Below, piece after piece: positions 39,763-49,896 of a DNA stretch of 64,000 nt (its first letter is position 1; each line of letters starts with the position of its first letter). The translations under genes and the position numbers were made by a program. Source of the stretch: a virus (Duplodnaviria; Caudoviricetes); IMG/VR virus record IMGVR_UViG_3300044856_000241, positions 32,001 through 96,000 of that record; one strand, given 5' to 3'. Below the pieces are notes generated by a model that was not told the origin of the DNA, ran no database searches, and worked only from the letters and a program-made list of their open reading frames with translations.

Positions 39763-41475
39763 ATTTACACCTCTTCATTGTATTTTCTCAGTTGGTTATA
39801 ATAATCTAATTTATTATCCAACTCCCGAACTTTTCTTCTGAGATCTTCTTCTTTTGATTTACTGTCGGTAACACGAGCACCTTTACAAAGAATGTCTCGT
39901 TCACGTTCCAACCGAGCATACTCATCAGAGACATCTTCTTCTCTAATAATTTCTGTTTCGATTTTTTCACCACAGAACGGGCAATATTTAATCGGATAAT
40001 AATTATCCTGCTTAAAATCTTCTTCCCATTCAGTCCACTCGTCATAGTCTGCAATGCAAAATTGTGGTTCTGAAATATAATTTTCTGTAACGTCATATTC
40101 TCCAGCTACTAATTCAATTACTGGATTTCTTGCTAATTCATGACAACAGAAGCTCATAGGCTTATATTTATAACTCACTTCATCGCCCAAATTCTGTTTA
40201 ATAATTTCAACCTTCACAATCTTTTACCTCACTTTTTATAATCTAAATTTACTCTGTAAACGTGTTCTGGACAAAGCGTATATCCGCTCTATACTATGTG
40301 ATTCTCTACAGAGATTTTTTATAATCATCTACCACTTTTGATACCCATTTTATATACAAACGATACTTGGCAAGAAAATATCCATCAGCTACTGAAAATT
40401 TATCATCTTTGTAGCAACTGGAACGTGATCTGATTTGTCGATCGTTTTTCATTCTAACCTGCACACGTTTCTCATTATCTGTACGCCATTCCAATTCAAT
40501 CACATCAAAAATATCAGTAACAGGATTATAAAAACTAGTATCTGTTGGTTGCCACTTAGCCCACTCATGTTTCTTCTTCTCTACTTTATTGTCTGTCGAT
40601 ACTAACTCAAAATATTCTTCAAATTTTTCGTAAGACATAATTCCAACACCTTTATTATGTCTAAAATAAATTTCTCCTGTGGATAAAATATTGGCTACTT
40701 CACAAACTTCACCAATTTTTGTTAAAACACCAAAAGGTTTAACTAATCTAATTTTATCTCCTACAACCATTTACTTGTCCTCCATCTCTTTCTTTAACAT
40801 GTTCAGATCATTCTGATAAGAAGCAATCTGCTTCTCTAAATCTTTTATTCTCTGTCGCTTTGCTTCTTCTTCAATATGCGCCTTCAGTTCTAAATCATCT
40901 TTATAAAAAGCATCTTCAAAGTCCCAGTAATCATGCTCATCGCCATTCCATACACCATTATCTACGTCATAACACTTGTATACTGTTACCGCTGGTGCAT
41001 CCCAGTCACAACCATGCCCGCAACATTGATAATCCTCATTGTAGTCTTCATCTCCAGGCTGACATTCACAATAACCCAAATATCTCTCATCGTATGAAAA
41101 ATGGATTTCATAGTGATATTTTTTGAGTTCTGGGAAGATCATCTGCTCGTCTAACCAAACATCTTGGCGACGACTTGAATCATTTTCATCCCACAAGTTA
41201 ACGCTATAAATGTCACCATATTCATTCGGAACAATCTGATATGAATATTTATCTTTTATGTCATCAAAAAATTCTTTGTATTTCTCACCATGAAATTTAA
41301 ACTGGTTCCATAGAGCCGCTATGTAAAATGGAACAGGTGCTTCATATGTATTCGGATTTGATTTATTTACTTCGTTCCAGTCTGCTATTTCTCTAGCCAG
41401 ATTATCTAAGAATTTCTGACCAATTGCATTGCCACAATACTGCATATTTTTATATTCTCCTTTGCAATTTGATAA

Positions 41476-41651
41476 AAATGCGGGTGTGGATTTGCACCAC
41501 ACATGAATGTTACCATTCTGATTGTCGGTTTCTAAGGATGAAGAACCATCGTGCTCCCAGTTAACATCCGGGTGCTATTCAGTCGTACAATTAAGTACAT
41601 TTCTCGCTTACTCGAAAACCAATCTATGTTTACCTATTCCATCACCGCATT
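41476..41651 (-). ncRNA. tRNA-like RNA with a ~100-nt multi-hairpin insert replacing the anticodon loop
   Basis: AATGCGG/CCGCATT acceptor, TGATGGAATAGGTAAACAT D-arm, GATTG/CAATC stem, GAATG/CATTC variable arm, TGTGG-TGCAAAT-CCACA T-like arm. Confidence 0.65.
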
Positions 41652-41658
41652 GGATTAA

Positions 41659-42402
41659 TTATGCTTTATACTCAAAATACGGCATTGGCTGTACTTTGAA
41701 TAAATTCTTCTCATGCATATAATCAATCTTCTTTTTAATTTCAAGATCATCAATTTCACCTGTGCGAAGATAACGATCCAACACTGCATACGAGAATCCA
41801 AAATTCTCTTCGTCTGTTTTCCCGCATAAGCCATCTAAGGAAACTTTCTGTACAAGATGTTCTGGTAAATTAAGAACTTCTGCAATTGACCGAACTTCTG
41901 TTTTTGTAAACATTTGTAACGGAGAGAAGTCCCCTACGCTGTCCGCAAATCTGGTGTCATATCCCACGTATGTTTCTGAAAAATTACAAGTATTAGCAAC
42001 TCGTCCATTATGAGACTGTGAAACAGCATACAAGGTTGACATACGAATTCTTGCAGGAAGATTAATTTTTGTCTGCTCTGTAATATCAAAACCAGAATTA
42101 ATATGAATCCTATAAAGTAATCCACCTACTGTGTCTCCAATATTAACTACGCAGTAGTCAATACCAAGATGTTCACAAAGTTCATATGAATAATCAATGT
42201 CGCTCTGAGTACCCTGTGGCATCAATACACCATATACTCGATCAGCTCCAAGAGCCTCCACGCACAACGCCGCAACAGTAGATGAGTCGACTCCGCCACT
42301 AATCCCAACTATGGCGTTACATCCTTTACCATTGATTTCAAAAAATTCCTGTATCCACTCGACTAACTCATTTTTTACTTTTACTGCATCAAACTCAGCC
42401 AT
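41659..42402 (-). CDS. nadE: NH3-dependent NAD+ synthetase
   Basis: GISGGVDS, N..ARIRM..LY, NFSE..GY.T..D. Confidence 0.92.
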   Translation of the reverse strand: MAEFDAVKVKNELVEWIQEFFEINGKGCNAIVGISGGVDSSTVAALCVEALGADRVYGVLMPQGTQSDIDYSYELCEHLGIDYCVVNIGDTVGGLLYRIHINSGFDITEQTKINLPARIRMSTLYAVSQSHNGRVANTCNFSETYVGYDTRFADSVGDFSPLQMFTKTEVRSIAEVLNLPEHLVQKVSLDGLCGKTDEENFGFSYAVLDRYLRTGEIDDLEIKKKIDYMHEKNLFKVQPMPYFEYKA

Positions 42403-42898
42403 TATCTAACCTCCATAATTCCACATTCTGATATTTAAAAATCTTATCAATCATCTGATACACTTCATCCCAATTAGCCCCGCCTCTACAACATCCAATC
42501 TTCCAAGGCATTGCAACTGTTGCTCCACAATTATTGTTTCTCTCGCATATTCTTCCGTTCATATGCTTGAAACACTTCTCAAGAGCATCTAAATCCGTAT
42601 ATAACTTTCCGTCATAGCCATAATTGTCCTGTGCGAACATGTTACAAATCCACTGCTCTGTATACGGTACTGCCAGACTTCCACAATCATATCCAAGATA
42701 CATTTCTTTCACAGGAACAATCTGAACCTGTCCAAGCATCTCAGGAGAGGCTACTTTACAATATTCTCTGTATACATGAGGAAATTTTTCTCTCACTTGT
42801 AAAGCAACTCCTGATCCCATACGTTTCTGACAATTAACCTGGTGGCAAATGAACTTTGCATCTGTTGTAAACAGGTCGCCATCAATCACTTTAATCAT
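42395..42898 (-). CDS. Macro domain (ADP-ribose binding or hydrolysing) protein
   Basis: GDLF, HQVNC..MGSGVA, P.KIGC..GG..W. Confidence 0.88.
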   Translation of the reverse strand: MIKVIDGDLFTTDAKFICHQVNCQKRMGSGVALQVREKFPHVYREYCKVASPEMLGQVQIVPVKEMYLGYDCGSLAVPYTEQWICNMFAQDNYGYDGKLYTDLDALEKCFKHMNGRICERNNNCGATVAMPWKIGCCRGGANWDEVYQMIDKIFKYQNVELWRLDNG

Positions 42899-44366
42899 TT
42901 ACGCCACCATTCAATCTTTCTCTGATCTCGCCAAAAGTCTGCTCTTTTACTAATTCTCCATCTTTGAAGACAAGTTTCAGTTCATTCTCTTCCGGAATAG
43001 TATCTTCTGTGTATCCGTCAGTGCACACAAACTTGTCTCCATCTTTGGTAATACAGCACAGACCTTTATGTGATTTCTTAAGATTATTTCTGTCTGTTTT
43101 CGGGTTCTTCTGAATCGTATATTCTTTACCATCAATAATACAGTAAGTACTCTTCATAGCGAATCCAAAAGTATCTCTAGTCAGACAAACCATTCCGTCC
43201 TCCGGAGTACACATTGCCGAGAATGAGAATGCACCAACACCAAACAGGATTGTATCGGCTGCAAATCCTAACTTCTCAAGTTCAGTCCAGATTTCTTTGA
43301 TTTTGCTGTACTGGCAACCATCACCGTAGATAATTCCAATCTTCGGATTCAGCTCTCTATATCCTTTAGAATTAACACTACCGCCAAAAATCTCATACAA
43401 TTTCTGTACAGTTTTTACAGAAATCTCAATAATATCTCCACTGTCAGGTCTCACAAGGAATTTACCATTATGTTCCTTAATCTCTTTTCTCAGCTTTGGA
43501 AGTGTTTCTTCAATAAGCTTCCAATAATCGAATGTATCAGACACATAGCTGAAAGAAGTATTCTTATATGTATCAGTCAGAAGTCTTCTTAATAAATTCT
43601 CCTCAGTCTCACATACGGCTAAGTTACTACATACTGTCGCATGTTCCAGACTGACTGCACCGATTCCAATATGATTCTTGGCACAATCAGCGTTATACAT
43701 CAGGTCTACATACTGTGTTGCAGGAATGGTTGAAGTCTTATCGAATGATAACAACCATGAAGAACTTGCATGGATACCATTCTCAATACCAAGACCTCTG
43801 AATCCGAAATCTGCCATAGCCATAGCAGGATTGGCACCATTTGTTGTTTTCTCGTAGAACTCATTTGCCAGTGTTCTATACTTATGTCCTACAGTTGCCC
43901 AGTTACACGTACCAAAAGTGAACGACTGAATTCCGCACTCTAACCATTGCACTACCCATGCGAAGTCTGGATGAGTATTTGTCATCTCAATACATGGAAT
44001 TCCCATATTTACTACAGATCCTTCCGGTAATGCTTTAATCTCTACTGGTAAATACTGTAAATCCCATAATTTCTCAATACGTCCAAGGTCATAACTCTGG
44101 GAACCAATCTGATTATCCAGATACTTTTTATACTCAGCAATTACTTCATCTTTTGGACGTTTAAAGAATGTATCATTTACCAGCTCAATCAGATACTCTT
44201 TGATAAATCCCTGAAGTCCAAAAAATACAACTTCATTCAGATTTTTAAACATAGACTTTCTCGGAGTAATATAAGAAGTCAGTTTTGTGAGTCCGTCCGG
44301 TAACGCATCCGGATTTGTATTTTTGTAAGTGTCAGCCATCAGCATAAAAGAAATATTTCTCATCAA
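42891..44366 (-). CDS. NAMPT/NAPRT-family phosphoribosyltransferase (Namat-like)
   Basis: DTYK, DFGFRG, EH, SDTFD, RPDSGD, YGDG, RDTFGFAMK, K.PKTD..KKS.KG. Confidence 0.9.
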   Translation of the reverse strand: MMRNISFMLMADTYKNTNPDALPDGLTKLTSYITPRKSMFKNLNEVVFFGLQGFIKEYLIELVNDTFFKRPKDEVIAEYKKYLDNQIGSQSYDLGRIEKLWDLQYLPVEIKALPEGSVVNMGIPCIEMTNTHPDFAWVVQWLECGIQSFTFGTCNWATVGHKYRTLANEFYEKTTNGANPAMAMADFGFRGLGIENGIHASSSWLLSFDKTSTIPATQYVDLMYNADCAKNHIGIGAVSLEHATVCSNLAVCETEENLLRRLLTDTYKNTSFSYVSDTFDYWKLIEETLPKLRKEIKEHNGKFLVRPDSGDIIEISVKTVQKLYEIFGGSVNSKGYRELNPKIGIIYGDGCQYSKIKEIWTELEKLGFAADTILFGVGAFSFSAMCTPEDGMVCLTRDTFGFAMKSTYCIIDGKEYTIQKNPKTDRNNLKKSHKGLCCITKDGDKFVCTDGYTEDTIPEENELKLVFKDGELVKEQTFGEIRERLNGGVND

Positions 44367-45292
44367 TACACCTCCATCACTTTGATCTTTTCATGTTTAC
44401 CTGTGAACAAACTATCTGTTGTAAACAGTCTCTCTACTGTATTATTCTCCAGGTCTTTGATCAAAGTTCCTTTTTCCTTATCAAGTACAGAATTCTCACA
44501 ATGAGTTGCATAAGCGTAAACTTTCTCTGGTTTGTAATTCATTAATTCTTGCACACCATAGTGTATTGAACCACCGTAACTAATAAGATCGTCAAGTACC
44601 AATACAATCTTGTTTTCCAGATTAATGCCATTTGTTCTAATATCAATTCCAAGAATCTTACCAGTCTCCCAATCACGTTTCTTCTCTCCATAGCAGTATC
44701 TAAACTGAGGGAACATGTCAGCATAACGTTTTGAAGCACTATAATCTGGGAAATACAGTACTAATTTAGAATCATCAAACACTGAATTTTCATAAGTGTC
44801 AGAAACTACATCATTTTTAATATCTGAGAATTCCGTAACTACTTCTTTTTCTATATTCTCGTTTCTAATTTCGTCAATTGCTTTCTGGATAAAATTCTTA
44901 GGAGATTTATTGATACAATTATTAAGAAGTGCTACAGATACATTGCTATGAGCATCCAGAATGAATACTCGTGAAAAATTAAGTGAATTGATTACATCAC
45001 AAAAATACTTAAGTGTGAATACTTCACAATCTCTTTTAGTTCTGTCCATCCGTCCATTTGGAATATAATCCATTGTCAATAAGTATGTAACATCTGCTAA
45101 ATTTGCATCCAGATGTTTTTTAATCATAGTCAGATACATCAACTCTGCATCATTTTCATATTTCCATCTGATATGTATATACGATGTTGATCCATCTGTG
45201 AAATCTGGAATATCATCAACATCCAGATTAATTCGTGGTGTTCCATCAGGATAATGTTCAATCTTTACTTCTAGTTCATTTACACTAATCAT
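44363..45292 (-). CDS. PRPP synthetase-like (Adps-like) protein
   Basis: YIP..RMDR, DAHS, PD..A.KRY, KKRDWETGKI, DDLISYGGS. Confidence 0.85.
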   Translation of the reverse strand: MISVNELEVKIEHYPDGTPRINLDVDDIPDFTDGSTSYIHIRWKYENDAELMYLTMIKKHLDANLADVTYLLTMDYIPNGRMDRTKRDCEVFTLKYFCDVINSLNFSRVFILDAHSNVSVALLNNCINKSPKNFIQKAIDEIRNENIEKEVVTEFSDIKNDVVSDTYENSVFDDSKLVLYFPDYSASKRYADMFPQFRYCYGEKKRDWETGKILGIDIRTNGINLENKIVLVLDDLISYGGSIHYGVQELMNYKPEKVYAYATHCENSVLDKEKGTLIKDLENNTVERLFTTDSLFTGKHEKIKVMEVY

Positions 45293-45981
45293 AAGCTATA
45301 TTCTTCCTCTCTAATTCTTTTATACTCTGTATATATTCTATTCTCACAATAATACAGATTGTAATCACACTGCTCGATATACCACCATAATTTCTGATGT
45401 CCAAGACGAAGGTAATCTTCCAAATAATGCTGTTCTTCGTAATTGTTGCCAACCATCTGACGGAAACTTAATTCATCAATATCAGAACTATTTTTCACAA
45501 ACAATGCAATATCCATAATGTCATTAATGCTATAATTTTCAGTTACAACAAATACAACTCTTACAATCTCTCTACCAGTTCTTTTAATATGGGAAAGTTG
45601 CTCATAACTATTCGCATGATATACAACACGATAACAATCATAAAATGGGAAAGATGTTTCATCTGTCATATAGCTTGTGTGCATTTCTACCGGAATTTGA
45701 CGTTCTTTATTGTTGCGATAAACATTACGTTTATGTACTATACTGAAAAATTTTCGATACCAATCAATATGTTTTTCATATTCATGAAGTGGATCCCCAC
45801 CTCCAGAAAGAGAGATAATATTGCAGTTATTTTCTTTTAACACATCTTCCAAACAATCCAGCCCACCAATTGTACTTTTTGGAATCTGGAGATTGTTGTT
45901 TGTCACAATACAATAAGGACATTTATAATGACAGCCAAAATTTGTAATTACACTCAAATATTTATCCATCTTATTCTCCAA
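45289..45981 (-). CDS. Radical SAM protein
   Basis: CHYKCPYC (CxxxCxxC), SGGGDP. Confidence 0.85.
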   Translation of the reverse strand: MENKMDKYLSVITNFGCHYKCPYCIVTNNNLQIPKSTIGGLDCLEDVLKENNCNIISLSGGGDPLHEYEKHIDWYRKFFSIVHKRNVYRNNKERQIPVEMHTSYMTDETSFPFYDCYRVVYHANSYEQLSHIKRTGREIVRVVFVVTENYSINDIMDIALFVKNSSDIDELSFRQMVGNNYEEQHYLEDYLRLGHQKLWWYIEQCDYNLYYCENRIYTEYKRIREEEYSL

Positions 45982-46471
45982 TCACTGTAATCTGACAACT
46001 CTTCATAACTTCCATCGCTGCTCTGTGAGCCTGTGGTGTAGTTCCGGCACAACAACTTGCATCTACAATAATCTCCGCGAATGGATAAATTGTTTTAAGA
46101 ATCAGTGCATTTGTTACTACACAGATATTTGATACAAGTCCTACAATGTGAATTTCTTCAAACTGATTACAAAGCTCTCTCCAATGTCTCCATCCAAAGG
46201 TATTTTTATCAATATATCTACAATTTGGTTGTTCTAAGCCATCAACAATTTTCCATCCATCAGTATTTTCAATACAATGCGGAATCGGCAACTTCTTACC
46301 TTCAGGCGTGTTTAAATAATCTTCGTTGTGTGTATCTCTTGTAAAAATCAAATCTCCATCCCATTCTTCAATCTTCTTTTTAACTTTCGGGACGATTGCT
46401 CTAGCTTCAGGTGTCCCTAAGCAACCCGTCACAAAATCATTTTGCATGTCGATCACAATCAATAACTTCAT
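45971..46471 (-). CDS. Nicotinamidase/isochorismatase-family hydrolase (PncA-like)
   Basis: IDMQNDF, RDTH, PHC...GW, K.TFG, GLVSNICV. Confidence 0.85.
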   Translation of the reverse strand: MKLLIVIDMQNDFVTGCLGTPEARAIVPKVKKKIEEWDGDLIFTRDTHNEDYLNTPEGKKLPIPHCIENTDGWKIVDGLEQPNCRYIDKNTFGWRHWRELCNQFEEIHIVGLVSNICVVTNALILKTIYPFAEIIVDASCCAGTTPQAHRAAMEVMKSCQITVIGE

Positions 46472-47177
46472 TTTCCATCTCTCCTTTTTCATACTCATCC
46501 AACTTTGAATTCATCATATCCTGTTGAACCATGCTTCTATATAACCTATTCTCTTTACACCAATCACAACTTCCATGATTCCTGCATGTACTGTCAATAG
46601 CTTTACATCCGGTATACGGTTTTCTATACTCTTTCTTGTGTTTTATAGCTTTATCCAATGACATAACATCACCTCACTATTCCGCATCAATTACTAATTC
46701 GTGATTCACTCCTTCGTATATTAATGCGTCTCCAATTTTAATGTCACTACCATCACTCGGATGTTCTACAATAATTATCGTATTCGGATTCACTTTCTTA
46801 TACCGATCCAGGCACTTGATTACATCACTTAGAGTAGAACCCCAGACACGTTTATCTTCTTTATAATATCGAATTGTATCTTCGTACAACTTCTTCATAT
46901 TTTCATATTTTTTCTTCGTTACTAATCCAAACATTTACATATTCTCCGTACTAAATCTTACAGAACGCTCATATGCATATTCTCTAATTGTGAGACTTTT
47001 CACCTATCAGCCAAAGACTGATGGGATTGCGAGCCTGATTTTTTCCTCAAGATTCTTAATAGAAATAGAACAATCACTCACTGCCTCGACTAATTCTTTC
47101 CTCTTCATATTTATATATTCTCCTTCTATATTTTTTAGAAATGAGCTGACTAGCTATGACACCAGCCAACTCTGAAA

Positions 47178-47270
47178 TTATTTATTCTTTTTTAACTTTC
47201 CTACGACAAAACCTGCTCCAAAACACGCACCAAAACAAATTAGGAAGATTCCGATATTTAATACGATCAT
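47178..47270 (-). CDS. 30-aa single-pass membrane peptide
   Basis: MIVLNIGIFLICFGACFGAGFVVGKLKKNK; TGATG-coupled to the PspA-like gene and followed by a hairpin at 47143-47172. Confidence 0.55.
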   Translation of the reverse strand: MIVLNIGIFLICFGACFGAGFVVGKLKKNK

Positions 47271-48019
47271 CACTTATTACCTCTCTGTCTCTTCATGTCA
47301 TCAAGAATCTGACGAGCATTACGTTCTCTTTCAGAATTAGCAAGTCTTCTTTCATTAGCCTGTGCACTAGAATCATATGCAATTCTACTTCCTTCGGCAC
47401 GTTCTCTAGTTTTTCTAGCCCCCTCACGGACTCTTTCAAGCATTCTATCACTCTCATTGTTTGTGTTGAGATTGTCCATGCTCTGATGAAGTTCAATAAT
47501 CTGACTATCTGCTTCCATTTGGAAAAGTACTTGTTCTTTTTCCTCTTTTAATTTCTGTAAATCTTCTGCTGCCTGATCACGAATTTCTTTCTGATGAGCC
47601 TGTGCTACTTTCATTTCTTCAATGGCATCTTTTAACACATTAATCTTATTCTCTAAAGTAGATTTCTTCATCGCATACTGCATTGCTTCATCTTCCTTAT
47701 TCTCATCAAGACAAGCATTAATCTGCTGTGTAACACGCATAATATCTTTGTTTGCTTGATACATATCTTTTTCTGCTGTATCACGTTTTCCAGAAATATC
47801 AGCATATGTAATAGAAGCTTTGTTATAGAAATCTTCTTTTTCTCTGATTGCAGCATTATAATAATCTCTTGCCCCTTCTGGAGTTTGCGCATCTTGGCGC
47901 ATTACTTCATCTGTTCTGCCACGAAGTTTTACACGAAGCTGTTTCCCAAATGGAGTAAAGAACAGAACTGCTGCAATTAAAATAATCGCCACAATCACAA
48001 TAAACATAAAATTTGTCAT
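47270..48019 (-). CDS. PspA/IM30-like coiled-coil protein with N-terminal TM
   Basis: TM segment followed by long heptad coiled coil, P..A..YY..AI. Confidence 0.6.
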   Translation of the reverse strand: MTNFMFIVIVAIILIAAVLFFTPFGKQLRVKLRGRTDEVMRQDAQTPEGARDYYNAAIREKEDFYNKASITYADISGKRDTAEKDMYQANKDIMRVTQQINACLDENKEDEAMQYAMKKSTLENKINVLKDAIEEMKVAQAHQKEIRDQAAEDLQKLKEEKEQVLFQMEADSQIIELHQSMDNLNTNNESDRMLERVREGARKTRERAEGSRIAYDSSAQANERRLANSERERNARQILDDMKRQRGNK

Positions 48020-48028
48020 AAATTCCTC

Positions 48029-48610
48029 CTACTCTGCGTCAATTCCGTACTGATTGCAAAGTGCTTTTAATCCGCCGTTATAACCACTACCTACCGCTTT
48101 AAACTTCCATTCGCTGTTGTGTTTGTAAATTTCTGCCACGACTAAAGCTGTCTCAGTAGAAAAATCCTCACTTAAATCAAAACGGATAAGTTCTTCTCCT
48201 GTTTCTTCATCAACAACGTGAATATATGCGTTCCCAACCATACCAAAATTCTGGAGTCTGGTTTCAGCATCATAAATAGTTACCGTTACAGCAAGAGTCT
48301 CGTATCCTGATGGGATCTTATCAAGACTAATTTTGATAACTTCATCATCGCCCTCTCCTTCACCTGTACGATTATCTCCCATATGTTTTACGCTCTTGGA
48401 ACCGTGCTCAAGATTACCATAGAAGACAAAATCCTCATCTTTTCCTACTTTACCATTCTCTTTTGTCATAAATACAGAAGCGTCAAGATCAAAATCCGCT
48501 TCTCCGTCATAATGGTTAATATCCCATCCCAAACCAATAAGAATATTTTTTAGTGATGGTCTGCCTTTTGTTAAGTCCACTCTCTGTCCCTTACTTAATG
48601 AAACTGACAT
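48029..48610 (-). CDS. TerD-family stress protein
   Basis: GLGWD, DLDAS, GDNRTGEGEGDDE, WKFKAVG. Confidence 0.93.
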   Translation of the reverse strand: MSVSLSKGQRVDLTKGRPSLKNILIGLGWDINHYDGEADFDLDASVFMTKENGKVGKDEDFVFYGNLEHGSKSVKHMGDNRTGEGEGDDEVIKISLDKIPSGYETLAVTVTIYDAETRLQNFGMVGNAYIHVVDEETGEELIRFDLSEDFSTETALVVAEIYKHNSEWKFKAVGSGYNGGLKALCNQYGIDAE

Positions 48611-48723
48611 ACTTCTTCTCCTTTATCATTGCTCTTAATAATATCTTTTGATACGGGAGTAGTTTAATTCCAAAAAATTCTTCTAAGAATTTATCTGGAC
48701 AAATCTCCCAGTATTTTATTACA

Positions 48724-49299
48724 TTATTTATATCTGTGGATAAGTTCGCTGATGCTTGAGTCATTTGTTCCCTGTCCAATTGCATTAAACTTCCATTCTC
48801 CATCTTTCTTATAAACCTCAGCAAATACCATTGCTGTTTTACCAGCATAATCATCTGAAAGGTTGTATTTACAGATTTCTTTGCCAGTGGATTCATCAAC
48901 AAGTCTGATATATGCGTTTTTAACCAGACCAAAATCCTGTTTTCTTGCAACACAGTTGTAGATATTTACAACAAATACAATTTTCTCAACCTTATCTGTG
49001 ATGTTGGCAAGATTAACTGTAATCTGTTCATCATCTCCATCTCCGTCACCAGTAAGATTGTCTCCGTGGTGATATACACATTTACCTTCTGCGGATCTGT
49101 CACCATAGTAAACACATGTACGATATTCACCGTCTTTACCTAAAATAATTGCAGATGCATCGCAATCAATATCCGGTTTGGAACCAAATAAACCTTTTTT
49201 AACAACGTCCCATCCAAGTCCTACCATAATTTTTGTAAGACCGCCTGTTACTTCCTTAGATAAATTAATTTTCTGTCCTTTTACTAAATTTACTGACAT
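48724..49299 (-). CDS. TerD/TerZ-family stress protein
   Basis: GLGWD, DCDAS, GDNLTGDGDGDDE, WKFNAIG. Confidence 0.92.
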   Translation of the reverse strand: MSVNLVKGQKINLSKEVTGGLTKIMVGLGWDVVKKGLFGSKPDIDCDASAIILGKDGEYRTCVYYGDRSAEGKCVYHHGDNLTGDGDGDDEQITVNLANITDKVEKIVFVVNIYNCVARKQDFGLVKNAYIRLVDESTGKEICKYNLSDDYAGKTAMVFAEVYKKDGEWKFNAIGQGTNDSSISELIHRYK

Positions 49300-49317
49300 A
49301 TGTATATTCTCCTTTTC

Positions 49318-49896
49318 TTATAAATCAAGTCCAAAATTTCTGCCAATAGCAGCTAAACCACCATTATATCCAGAACCGACGGCATTGAATTTCCACTCAC
49401 CATTCTTACGATATAATTCACCAGCAATGACACCTGTTTCTAATGAAAAATCCTCGTTTAATTCATATTTGAAAAGTTCCTCATTTGTATCAGCGTTATA
49501 TGCTCTAATATAAGAATTGTCGACCATTCCAAAATTCTGTAAACGATTCTCTGCATCATAAATTGTTGCGGAAAAGCTAATTTTGGTAATATTGGACGGA
49601 ATTTTATTTAACTCTACAACCATTGTCTCATCGTCACCGCCCCCTTCTCCAGTTCTGTTATCGCCAGAATAGATTAATGCGCCGCTCGGATGCTGTGGCT
49701 GACCATAAAATACAAAATCCTGTTCTCCCGTTACTTTTCCTGAATCATCTGTGAAGAATGCTGACACATCCAGATCAAAATCTGCGTTACCATCGTATCT
49801 GTTTGTGTCCCATCCAAGACCAAATACAACTTTGTTTAACCCAGCGTTACCTTTTGTAAGGTCAATTTTCTGACCCTTTACTAAACTAATTGACAT
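49318..49896 (-). CDS. TerD-family stress protein
   Basis: GLGWD, DLDVS, GDNRTGEGGGDDE, WKFNAVG. Confidence 0.93.
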   Translation of the reverse strand: MSISLVKGQKIDLTKGNAGLNKVVFGLGWDTNRYDGNADFDLDVSAFFTDDSGKVTGEQDFVFYGQPQHPSGALIYSGDNRTGEGGGDDETMVVELNKIPSNITKISFSATIYDAENRLQNFGMVDNSYIRAYNADTNEELFKYELNEDFSLETGVIAGELYRKNGEWKFNAVGSGYNGGLAAIGRNFGLDL

